Notes under the pieces: model-generated | Seen by the model: only the letters and a program-made list of their open reading frames with translations | Told to the model about the DNA's origin: nothing | Database searches by the model: none | Source: Clostridia bacterium | GTDB lineage: Bacteria > Bacillota > Clostridia > Christensenellales > UBA1242 | Assembly: GCA_017936585.1 (NCBI GenBank) | Contig: JAGBFI010000039.1 | Coordinates: 1 to 60,956 of the forward strand | Direction: 5' to 3' | Length of the DNA: 60,956 bases | Position numbers and translations under genes: made by a program | Part shown: positions 53,001-60,956 of the stretch, piece after piece | Layout: the number at the start of each line of letters is the position of its first letter | How positions within the stretch are numbered: position 1 is the stretch's first letter

Positions 53001-53729
53001 TTATCTGAACATGACATCTTTTTTTGTCAGCATTGTCCATGACAACATTGTACGAAGCAAGCTTGCCCAATAAGTCAAGCGTGCGCTGTTCAAAAATTCT
53101 CTGCAAGATTTGAGCTCCTTTTCATTCAAAATTTGTTTCAAAAATTCCTCTGCAAAAACGGAAGCTTCTTTTTCAATTTTGATTTCGTTCGATTTCAAAA
53201 CAAGGGCAAAAACAAAAATCAACAAACTGAGTCCAACAAACGAAAGCCCAAGGATGAGATACAGCATTTCTGGCAGAACCGAAAACACCCACAAAAGCGA
53301 AAGCACGGCTCCCGCAAGCAGAAGAGGCATAAAAAGCATTCCAAGGAATCTTCCAATTCTTCGATTTCTCCAATGTTTTTTCAACTTGTTTCCAGAGCAG
53401 TCTTGGCGTGCATGTCCAAGTTCGTGTGAGACAATCGCAAGTGAAGCAAGGCTGTTTGAATACATGGTTTTCGCGCTCAATGCAACAACATTGGTGGAAT
53501 AATGATCTTCAAATTCCGTACATTGCACAATCTCAAGTCCGTTTCCAAAACAAAGTTCGTTGATTTTTTCAACATATTTGAGGGTTGACACACCAAATTC
53601 GTTGTCGCACTCATCAAGTTGTCGCAGTTTTTCGTTGTAGTTTTCAAAGGCAAAGCTTGCCACTGCCAAAGCAAGGCAGAGCAAAATCCCAATCACAACA
53701 ACAATTCCAATGATGATATATGTCCACAT
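53001..53729 (-). CDS. membrane zinc metallopeptidase (YugP-like)
   Basis: 242 aa with an N-terminal TM, an HELGHA zinc motif, and C-terminal TM segments. Confidence 0.7.
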   Translation of the reverse strand: MWTYIIIGIVVVIGILLCLALAVASFAFENYNEKLRQLDECDNEFGVSTLKYVEKINELCFGNGLEIVQCTEFEDHYSTNVVALSAKTMYSNSLASLAIVSHELGHARQDCSGNKLKKHWRNRRIGRFLGMLFMPLLLAGAVLSLLWVFSVLPEMLYLILGLSFVGLSLLIFVFALVLKSNEIKIEKEASVFAEEFLKQILNEKELKSCREFLNSARLTYWASLLRTMLSWTMLTKKDVMFR

Positions 53730-53921
53730 GTCTATATTTTAAATGAATTGCAAGAAGAAATGCAAACTTATTGACACTGTTTTGCAAGAAAATTTGTTAA
53801 AAACAAAATTTTGCATATAAAAATTTTGTAAAACATATATATAAATTGTTGAAATTGTTGACATTTTTGTTGATTATGTTTAAAATGAAAATGTAACAAA
53901 TTTATTAAAAGGAGTATCGTG

Positions 53922-54155
53922 ATGAAAGGAATTATTAAAGGTTTCGACAATTTGCCACTTATCGTTAAGATCATCTTTGCATTGCCTGGTTTGGATATCC
54001 TTTGGGCTATCTATCGTCTTTGCAGATCTCTTGACAAAGGAAATGCAGTTGGCATCATCCTTGCAGTTGTGATGTTGATCGTTTGCCCAGCAATTTTCTG
54101 GCTTATTGACATCATTACACTTTTGTTCTCAGGAAAAGTTCTTTGGATTGACTAA
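53922..54155 (+). CDS. small two-TM membrane protein
   Basis: 77 aa with an AAAGGAG RBS and a TTGACA, 17 nt, TAAAAT promoter. Confidence 0.55.
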   Translation: MKGIIKGFDNLPLIVKIIFALPGLDILWAIYRLCRSLDKGNAVGIILAVVMLIVCPAIFWLIDIITLLFSGKVLWID

Positions 54156-54165
54156 GAATCAAGAG

Positions 54166-54199
54166 AAAAAAAAGACATCCGATTTTGGGTGTCTTTTTT
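54166..54199 (+). terminator. rho-independent terminator
   Basis: AAGACATCC-gatttt-GGGTGTCTT followed by a T-run. Confidence 0.65.
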
Positions 54200-54469
54200 A
54201 TTCATAAAATCCTTTTTTTTGTGGAGTGTGCTGCACACAAAAACAGCCGAAATCCACATTAAAACTTTCAATATGGCGGAAGATGTTTGGAAAGGGAGTT
54301 TTTCTATTGCAGAAAACACTGTTGTGTGATATAATTTTTTAAAATAAATCTAATTTTATATTTTTGAGGTTTATAAATTAATATAAAATCATATAGAAAA
54401 AGAAGGTTGAACATGGCTGGGTAAAATCATGAAAACTTAAAACAAAATGAAAAAACAAGATATATTGGC

Positions 54470-55501
54470 TTGGATATTTTGAAAATCATTTCAATGATTT
54501 TGATTGTCATCCATCACATTTCAAAACACGGAGGATTCTTTGAAAACTCAACAGGTTTCACACGTGTTGTTTTGGAGATTTCCAACGCTTTGTTTTTGCC
54601 AAGTGTGAATGTTTTTGTCTATGTTTCAACGTATCTTATTGTCAAAAAAGGAAAGGTTGGGTTTAGAGGTTATTTCAGAATTTATTTTCAAGTGCTGTTT
54701 TACAGTTTGTTGACTTTTTTGCTTACATGGCTTTTGACCAAAAATCCAATATCTTTCTCCACTGTTATCAAAAATTTTTTTCCAATCATCTTTCCTGTGT
54801 TTTGGTTTGCAGGGGCATATCTTTTGATGTATATCCTTTCTCCGATTTTGCTTAAAATCATAAACTTATTGAAACAAAAACAATATGCCATAGTTGTGTT
54901 GGTGACAATTTCTCTTGTTATGATTTTGTCAGCTTTTCCTCAAGCACAAGCAGTGTTGTTTGGAAATGGATTTAATACTTTTTGGTTTTGTGTTTTGTTT
55001 TTGATTTCAGGCTATCAAGCAAAGTTTGGAATCAATCTCAAAAAATGGCAGTTTGTTTTGATTTATGTGGCAAGCAGTTGTTTGGCATATTTGCTCATCC
55101 TAAAAAATCAAATGAATGTCAATTATTCACATATTATTGTTCTCATTCAAGCAGTTTCTCTTTTCAGTCTTCTGTATGACATCAATTGCAAAAACAAGGT
55201 TGTTGTTTGGATGATAAAACATCTTTCACTTTGCACATTTGGAATATATTTGTTGCATGATGGGGTCTATATGCAACAAGTTCTCTATGACAGAGTTCTT
55301 CAAACTCAAAACTATTATGGCGCTGCTGCACTGGGCTACTTTATATTGTTTTTGCTTTTGATTGCTGTGTCTGGAGTGGTGGTTGATTTTATGCGAAGAG
55401 TTTTGTTTAAGATGGTTTTGTGGATTATTGCAACATTTAAGAGAAGAAGGTCTTCCGGGAATGGAGAGCCTTCAGTGGGGGGTAAGCAGATTAATTCGTG
55501 A
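54470..55501 (+). CDS. acyltransferase family 3 membrane protein
   Basis: 343 aa, about 10 TM segments, with an LDILKIISMILIVIHH-type N-terminus. Start is uncertain (TTG, no SD); see findings. Confidence 0.7.
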   Translation: MDILKIISMILIVIHHISKHGGFFENSTGFTRVVLEISNALFLPSVNVFVYVSTYLIVKKGKVGFRGYFRIYFQVLFYSLLTFLLTWLLTKNPISFSTVIKNFFPIIFPVFWFAGAYLLMYILSPILLKIINLLKQKQYAIVVLVTISLVMILSAFPQAQAVLFGNGFNTFWFCVLFLISGYQAKFGINLKKWQFVLIYVASSCLAYLLILKNQMNVNYSHIIVLIQAVSLFSLLYDINCKNKVVVWMIKHLSLCTFGIYLLHDGVYMQQVLYDRVLQTQNYYGAAALGYFILFLLLIAVSGVVVDFMRRVLFKMVLWIIATFKRRRSSGNGEPSVGGKQINS

Positions 55502-55576
55502 ACAAAAAGCTTTGTTTCTGATTGGGGAGGCTAAGAATCAAGAGCTCAAAAATGTGGGAATTCAAACCGATGAAAA

Positions 55577-55606
55577 GAAAAAACACCGATGAGTTGGTGT
55601 TTTTTA
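55577..55606. terminator. bidirectional terminator
   Basis: AAAAAACACC-gatgagtt-GGTGTTTTTT. Confidence 0.65.
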
Positions 55607-55867
55607 GTTTTTGGTTAAGCCATTCATTTTGTCAAGGGCTTTTTGAACGCGGTCGATGCCTTGTTTCGCGTCCATCATGCAACCAGTGTCGTTGTATGAT
55701 TCGCTGAGCTCGTAGCAATCTTTATATCTGCCCAGAGACAATTCGTAGTTTGATTTTGCGGCAGTGAATTGGTGCACTCTCTCTGCTTCTCGTCCAGATA
55801 TGAACAGTTGTTGAGCTTTCGCCATGTTTTTTTCAACCAAACTTCTTACATAGTAGTCAGTAATCAT
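55604..55867 (-). CDS. small hypothetical protein
   Basis: 87 aa with a GGAGGA RBS and a terminator immediately downstream. Confidence 0.5.
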   Translation of the reverse strand: MITDYYVRSLVEKNMAKAQQLFISGREAERVHQFTAAKSNYELSLGRYKDCYELSESYNDTGCMMDAKQGIDRVQKALDKMNGLTKN

Positions 55868-56101
55868 TTTATCCTCCTAATTTTATTGTACAACAGTTTG
55901 AAAGATTTTTCAAAATTAAATCGACATATTTTCAGAAAAGGTGAAATTCGTGTCAAAAATGAGGGGAGACAGTCCCAAAGATGCAGCAGGAAAAGCTGTG
56001 AGAAATGCAGAGGAAAAGCCTTTTCGCGAAGAGTTGAGAAAAACATTTGTCTGATTTTGTGAAGAGGTGATATAATCAAACAGAAAAAAGGAAGAGGAAA
56101 G

Positions 56102-56881
56102 ATGTTTGGAGCAATTATCGGAGATTTTGCGGGGTCGATTTATGAGTTTGACCAAATCAAAAATTTCAAGCCTGTGAAGGTGAATGAGATTATTGAGGAA
56201 AATGCTTTTTTCAGTGACGACACAATTTTGACTGTTGCGATTGCAGACGCAGCAATGAACGACGGAGACTATTGTGAAAAGCTGAGAAATTATGGGAAAA
56301 AATACAAAAACATGCTGCCGGAAGTTAAGCCGTATTTTCAAACAATGTTCTCGCCTGAGTTCTGCAAGTGGGCGGAGGGCGATTATGTTGGCACTCGCTG
56401 TGGAAATGGTGCCATGATGAGAATATCTCCCGTTGCTTGGTTGTTTGACGCCGAAGCAGAAGTGATCGAAAATGCTCGACTTGCCACAATCCCATCTCAC
56501 AACACACAAGAGGCAATTGAGTGCGCAAGGCTTGTTGCATTGACAATCTTCCACGGCAGAAAAGGGATGAAAAAGGAGGATGTTTTCAAAAAACTTGGCG
56601 TTAAAATCACAAAGCCAAACATCACAAAATTCAACTTCACTTGTGCCGACACGATTGATTTGTGCTTTTTTGCATTGGCAAATGCGGACAATTTTGAGGA
56701 CTGCATAAAGCTTGCCATTTCATTTGGTGGAGACACCGATACAAATGCGTGCATAGTTGGAAGCATGGCGGAAGCGTTCTATGAAATTGACGAGGAACTG
56801 AAACTTAAAGCGAAATCAAAACTTCCAAACGAATTTTTGCCGATTTTTGAAGAGTTTGAAAACAGACGAAACAAAGCTTAA
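56102..56881 (+). CDS. ADP-ribosylglycohydrolase family protein
   Basis: N-terminus GAIIGDFAGSIYEF, central GNGAMMRISPVAW, and C-terminal GGDTDTNACIVGSMAEA. Confidence 0.85.
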   Translation: MFGAIIGDFAGSIYEFDQIKNFKPVKVNEIIEENAFFSDDTILTVAIADAAMNDGDYCEKLRNYGKKYKNMLPEVKPYFQTMFSPEFCKWAEGDYVGTRCGNGAMMRISPVAWLFDAEAEVIENARLATIPSHNTQEAIECARLVALTIFHGRKGMKKEDVFKKLGVKITKPNITKFNFTCADTIDLCFFALANADNFEDCIKLAISFGGDTDTNACIVGSMAEAFYEIDEELKLKAKSKLPNEFLPIFEEFENRRNKA

Positions 56882-56905
56882 AAAAGCAAGAAGGACTTGC
56901 TTTTT

Positions 56906-57151
56906 TTATTCCAATTCCAGATTTTCAGCTGAAAAAGCCTTGTCATTAATAAATTCGCTTGGTGTTATGCCAAGTCCGTTTGAGAGAAGAATGATTGTTT
57001 TTAAAGTTATTCCTTTTGTGCGACGTTGCATAATACTCTTTAAAGTCGGAAAAGGAAGCCCACTTAACTGAGCAAGTTTATATTGGGTCAAGTCTTTCTC
57101 ACCCATAAATTTACATAATCTTTCCACAACAACATCATTTAAATTTTTCAT
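56906..57151 (-). CDS. XRE-family HTH transcriptional regulator
   Basis: 81 aa with the HTH segment LTQYKLAQLSGLPFPTLKSIMQ. Confidence 0.8.
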   Translation of the reverse strand: MKNLNDVVVERLCKFMGEKDLTQYKLAQLSGLPFPTLKSIMQRRTKGITLKTIILLSNGLGITPSEFINDKAFSAENLELE

Positions 57152-57205
57152 TTCTCACCCTTTATTTTGTTTATATTGCTAGTTTACGTTATAAGAAATA
57201 AAAAT

Positions 57206-57268
57206 ATAGGATGATACATCATTCTTTTGGTTGACAAAACATCCTATTTATGTATATAATAGGATGAT
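57206..57268. promoter_or_regulatory. divergent promoter region with repeated operator-like half-sites
   Basis: ATAGGATGAT occurs at 57206-57215 and 57259-57268, with the inverted ATCCTAT at 57241-57247. These bracket TTGACA (57231-57236) and the TATATAAT -10. Confidence 0.55.
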
Positions 57269-57295
57269 GAATAATCTTATATTAAAGGAGAAGTT

Positions 57296-57664
57296 ATGGA
57301 AGAAATAGAGATTTCAGAGGAGTCTGAGGTTGAAGAAAAGAAAAAACTACCTTGGTTTGCCATTTGTGTTGGGGTGGTTCTTTTTGGTCTGGTGATTGCT
57401 CTCATCGTTCTACTTAGTGGTGGTAAAGGACTGTCATCAAGTTATTTAAATTATGATAATTACTTGGAAATAAAAACGGGAATGTCTTACAGTCAAGTCG
57501 TAAATGTTCTTGAAGGACATGAAGGGGAGTTGGATACATATTCAAGTTATGAAGGGTATACCCTTGCTTATTACACATGGACAAATGGTTCGTCAACAAA
57601 GTGCATTGTTGTTGGTTTTGAGAATGGCAAAGTCATAACAAAAACCCAGTATGGGTTAAATTAG
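57296..57664 (+). CDS. membrane-anchored DUF3862-like protein
   Basis: 122 aa: acidic N-terminus, one TM, then YLEIKTGMSYSQVVNVLEG...YYTW...VGFENGKVITKTQYGL. Confidence 0.6.
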   Translation: MEEIEISEESEVEEKKKLPWFAICVGVVLFGLVIALIVLLSGGKGLSSSYLNYDNYLEIKTGMSYSQVVNVLEGHEGELDTYSSYEGYTLAYYTWTNGSSTKCIVVGFENGKVITKTQYGLN

Positions 57665-57673
57665 GAGGTTCGC

Positions 57674-58291
57674 GTGGAATATTATTTGATTTTTATTGTG
57701 ACCTTTGCAGTTTTTTTTATTGTAGCGTTTTTGATATTTTGTTGGTCTTATTTTTCAAGGCAAAGTGAAAACAGAGAGAAACAAGAAAACACAAATCGTC
57801 ATGTTAGAGATTTTCTTAGAAAAAATGCTTTGAATGTGACAAAAATTTTTTATTTGACAGACAACTTCACATATAATCAAACGCATGAATGTAAAAAACA
57901 ATTACTTGTTGATTCCGGCTCAAAAAAGATTATCCTTGTGGATTATGACAGTGGGAAGTTTTTAATAATAGATTTTAATGAGATCGTAAACTATGAAATT
58001 TATGAGAATGGTGGGAATGTCACAACTGGCGCTGCTGCAGGTGGTTGGTTCGTAGGATTCTTCGGAGCTGAAACGACAGGGAAATGCAATGAGCTCAGAT
58101 TGATTATCAGATTGAAGAAATATGATAGGCCTCAGGTTAGTTACAAACTTGTTTCTGACACAATCTTTAACTCTGGAATTGCTAAAAATTCAGCGCAATA
58201 TAAACAGGTCGTTTCAGACTTACAGGATGTTGTTTCATTTCTTGAGGTTGTTAAAGAGGAAAATATGAAAAACAAAAATGACCAAGCTTAG
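57674..58291 (+). CDS. membrane-anchored hypothetical protein with glycine-rich loop
   Basis: 205 aa with a GTG start 5 nt after AGGAGG, an N-terminal TM, and the segment GGNVTTGAAAGGWFVGFFGAETTG. Confidence 0.5.
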   Translation: MEYYLIFIVTFAVFFIVAFLIFCWSYFSRQSENREKQENTNRHVRDFLRKNALNVTKIFYLTDNFTYNQTHECKKQLLVDSGSKKIILVDYDSGKFLIIDFNEIVNYEIYENGGNVTTGAAAGGWFVGFFGAETTGKCNELRLIIRLKKYDRPQVSYKLVSDTIFNSGIAKNSAQYKQVVSDLQDVVSFLEVVKEENMKNKNDQA

Positions 58292-58304
58292 GCTTGGTTT
58301 TTTA
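58282..58304 (+). terminator. rho-independent terminator
   Basis: CCAAGC-ttag-GCTTGG-TTTTTT. Confidence 0.7.
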
Positions 58305-58367
58305 TCTTGCGAAAAGTATTTTTTGAAAAACATTTAACTTTTGTGAAAAGTGTGCTACAATGAAAAT

Positions 58368-60374
58368 ATGAAAATATTATCTCCAGCAGGAAATTTTGAG
58401 AGTTTGAAAATGGCGGTCTTCAATGGCGCGGATGAGGTTTATCTTGGAATAAACGATTTTAACGCACGCAACAACATTGACGGCTTTTGTTTGAACAACT
58501 TAAAGGATGCGGTTGATTTTGCGCATGTGTTTGATGTCAAAGTTTTGCTGGCAATAAACATCCTCTTTTCGGACGAAGACTTGCAGGCCGCGCTCGACAC
58601 GGTTGTGGAAGCATACAACATGGGCGTGGACGCTTTTATCATTCAAGACATTGGACTAGCGAGGTTGGTCTTTGAAAACTATCCTGAAATTGAAATTCAT
58701 GCAAGTACGCAGATGGGGTTGCACAATTTGGAGGGTGTGCAAGCGGTGCAAAAGTTTGGATTCAAGAGAATTGTTCTTGCAAGAGAAACCCCACTTGAAG
58801 AAATAAAGAGAATAAAAGAAAACTGCAATGTTGAAATTGAATATTTTGCACAAGGAGCTTTGTGTGTTTCCTTTTCGGGAAATTGTTATTTGAGTTCATA
58901 TCTCTGTGGTGCCAGCGGCAATCGGGGGCGGTGTAAGCAGCTTTGCCGTCTGCCATACACGTTTGAAAAGGATGGACAACCAATCAAGAACGGTTTTTTG
59001 CTGAGTGCAAAAGATTTCAATATGAGTGGAAATTTGAAAGAACTGGAAGCGGCAGGAGTGGACGTTCTGAAAATTGAGGGGCGTGCAAGACGACCTTTTT
59101 ATGTCGCGGTGGCGACTCGAGAATATTTCAACGATCTGCATGGCAGCGGAGCAAATCAAGAAAAACTTAAACTGGCATTCAACAGGGGTTACACTGCGGG
59201 CTATTTTGACGGGAACGGAAAAATTATTTCTGAAATTCAAAACCATATTGGTTTGGAAGTGGGCAAGGTTGAGCGTGTGAATTATGGCAAAAAGTTTAAC
59301 GAGGTTTTCATTTCATCACGCAGAAAACTTTCTCCAAAATCAACCTTCAAAATTTTTGATGGAGAAAAAGAAAAGACTGTTTTGACTGCCTATGATTTGG
59401 TGGAAATTGCAAGTGGAAAATATAAACTGACCACAACACAAAAAGTTGATGCTGGAGATAGAGTAAATTTGATTGTTGATGCCAAGCTTGAAAATGAAGT
59501 TTTGTCACAAAACCAGAGAAGAAAAGTGAAGGTGAAACTCTTTGCAAGAGAGGGGCAAAAAATCAGAGCAAAGGTTGTTTTGAATGGCGGTGAAATTGAA
59601 GTTGAAGGCGAGGTTTGCGAGACTGCAAACAAACAACCTATCAAGGAAAAGGATTTGAAAGATAACTTCAACAAAAGTGAATTGTTTGAAGCGAAGGTTG
59701 AGGTCGAGACGCTTGGAAATGTGTTTATGCCAAAGCAAAAGCTCAACGAGTTTAGGCGAAGAGTTTTTTATGAGATTTTTTCTCAACTCACTGAAAAACA
59801 TCGTCATAATTTGAAAAAGATAAAAATTGTAAACATTTTTCAAGTTTGCAAATTCGATGATTTTCAAATTGTTGAAAGACAGGAGGAATCCTTTGAGAAT
59901 GAAAATATCATTTATTCTCCAAGCGTTTATGAACCCGATGACATTGTTGCTTTTCAAATCAAATGCAAAGACCAGGGGAAACGGGCTTATCTTGACACTC
60001 CAAATTTTGCCTTGAAGGCGGATATAGAAATGCTTGAAGACATCATTTCAAAAACAAAAATTAGCATCGTTGCAAACAACTATTATGCACTTGCTTTTGA
60101 CACGCAAACAGTGATTGGTGCAGGATTAAATGTTTACAACAAAACGGCAGCACAAACTTTTGACAGACCAATCATAACGGCAGAGAGTGAACTTTCAAAC
60201 AGAGTCGATTTTCCTTACATGACGCTCAGACATTGCCCAATGAAATCGCATCTTGGGGCAAACTGTGAAAATTGTCCTTATTGTGACAGTTTCATCTATC
60301 GCATGGACAACGGAAGGAGATTGAGGCTGAAACGTAAAAAACTGTCCACTTGCACTTTCTATCTCACTGATTGA
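58368..60374 (+). CDS. peptidase U32 family protein
   Basis: MKILSPAGNFESLKMAVFNGADEVYLG and the U32 signature EYFAQGALCVSFSGNCYLSS. An extended -10 (TGcTACAAT) ends 6 nt before the ATG. The track ORF starts at GTG 58350. Confidence 0.85.
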   Translation: MKILSPAGNFESLKMAVFNGADEVYLGINDFNARNNIDGFCLNNLKDAVDFAHVFDVKVLLAINILFSDEDLQAALDTVVEAYNMGVDAFIIQDIGLARLVFENYPEIEIHASTQMGLHNLEGVQAVQKFGFKRIVLARETPLEEIKRIKENCNVEIEYFAQGALCVSFSGNCYLSSYLCGASGNRGRCKQLCRLPYTFEKDGQPIKNGFLLSAKDFNMSGNLKELEAAGVDVLKIEGRARRPFYVAVATREYFNDLHGSGANQEKLKLAFNRGYTAGYFDGNGKIISEIQNHIGLEVGKVERVNYGKKFNEVFISSRRKLSPKSTFKIFDGEKEKTVLTAYDLVEIASGKYKLTTTQKVDAGDRVNLIVDAKLENEVLSQNQRRKVKVKLFAREGQKIRAKVVLNGGEIEVEGEVCETANKQPIKEKDLKDNFNKSELFEAKVEVETLGNVFMPKQKLNEFRRRVFYEIFSQLTEKHRHNLKKIKIVNIFQVCKFDDFQIVERQEESFENENIIYSPSVYEPDDIVAFQIKCKDQGKRAYLDTPNFALKADIEMLEDIISKTKISIVANNYYALAFDTQTVIGAGLNVYNKTAAQTFDRPIITAESELSNRVDFPYMTLRHCPMKSHLGANCENCPYCDSFIYRMDNGRRLRLKRKKLSTCTFYLTD

Positions 60375-60662
60375 AACGTGGAGGCTGTTCAAATTTAGCA
60401 GAAAACTCTCAATTTTTGCAAATGTATCAAATTTAATTTTTACATAGAAAGTAAATTTAGAATCTTGTAGTGGCTAATAAAAAACAACCCGAACATAAGT
60501 GTTCAGATTGTTATCACTTGGCGGGAAGTCAGTAAATGCGTTTAAACTCTTTTAGCTGAAGATAGAGAATCTTTTATATCCTCAACTTCAACTAATTCAA
60601 GTTCTTAATTGGTTTTATAGAAATTTTGGAAGCCATATTAAATTGAAAGATATAAAAAGGTA

Positions 60663-60854
60663 TTGGACAAATGTGATAAAGTATGTTGTTTTTATGCTAC
60701 ATATCAAGATAAATGTATTTTAGAAGGCAACGAATATATGCTTAATAATTCTTCTCTTATAATTGCACTATACAATGGCAAAGGCGGTGAAACTGGTTAT
60801 ATAGCAAGAAACGCACAAAAGAAAGGATTAAGAACTATAATAATTGAACTATAA
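60663..60854 (+). pseudogene. possible C-terminal remnant of a SLOG/DUF1273-like gene
   Basis: NEYMLNNSSLIIALYNGKGGETGYIARNAQKKGLRTIIIE resembles a DUF1273 C-terminus. The upstream in-frame sequence reads FWKPY*IERYKKV, with a stop codon. Confidence 0.35.
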
Positions 60855-60956
60855 ATATAATAAAAATGAAAAAATTTTGAAAATTTGATAAAAATTTAAA
60901 ACAAGTATGCTATAATAAAAAAGGAGAAATTGAAAAAAAAGGAGAAAAAGAGTTGA

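Noticed and set aside
53844-53873. The direct repeats AATTGTTGA-AATTGTTGA plus TTGTTGA overlapping the -35 of the small membrane protein gene, as a response-regulator site.
   Set aside because: They are only 7-9 nt long and AT-rich, one copy is the TTGACA -35 context itself, and the spacings (9 and 12 nt) are irregular. This is too weak to call.
1-60956. A search by eye for CRISPR arrays, rRNA genes, IS elements or transposases, integrases, and toxin-antitoxin pairs.
   Set aside because: I saw no regularly spaced direct repeats, no rRNA-like sequence, and no DDE, tyrosine-recombinase or serine-recombinase motifs in any listed ORF.

Overview
This window is the replication-origin neighbourhood of a low-GC, Bacillota-like chromosome. 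It reads cleanly with the standard bacterial code: TAA, TAG and TGA all end well-formed genes. The first 11.9 kb is one giant minus-strand ORF of at least 3971 codons. It runs off the window edge, which is why the ORF track does not list it. It encodes a signal-peptide-bearing surface protein rich in Flg_new (Listeria-Bacteroides) repeats. After it come zupT, then dut-nrdG-nrdD with NrdR boxes over the promoter, a CotJB/CotJC-like ferritin-fold pair, an amidase_3 hydrolase with peptidoglycan-binding repeats, an HNH-like orphan, a decayed GNAT pseudogene, an MFS transporter, tRNA-Ser(GCU) and rubrerythrin. Two perfect parS sites follow, then parB-parA-rsmG-mnmG-mnmE, jag, glyQS behind a Gly T-box, an OYE/FadH-like flavoenzyme, a HAD hydrolase and yidC-yidD-rnpA-rpmH. 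The origin itself is arranged atypically: dnaN(-), a DnaA-box cluster, an orphan gene(+), dnaA(-), recF(+). To the right lie a CvpA-fused acidic 851-aa protein, an MBL-fold protein, rsmH, an FtsL-like gene and a PBP (no mraZ), DUF1540, a YugP-like peptidase, an acyltransferase_3, an ADP-ribosylglycohydrolase, an XRE switch module, a U32 peptidase and a decayed SLOG/DUF1273-like remnant. I saw no rRNA, CRISPR array, transposase or integrase. The most noteworthy observations are the inverted and split dnaA-dnaN origin block with an antisense orphan gene next to the DnaA boxes, the hidden giant adhesin gene, and several orphan opposite-strand genes inserted into otherwise conserved origin-proximal synteny. 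Every functional call rests on motif recognition by eye, with no database search. Coordinates I derived by counting bases may be off by 1-2 nt.
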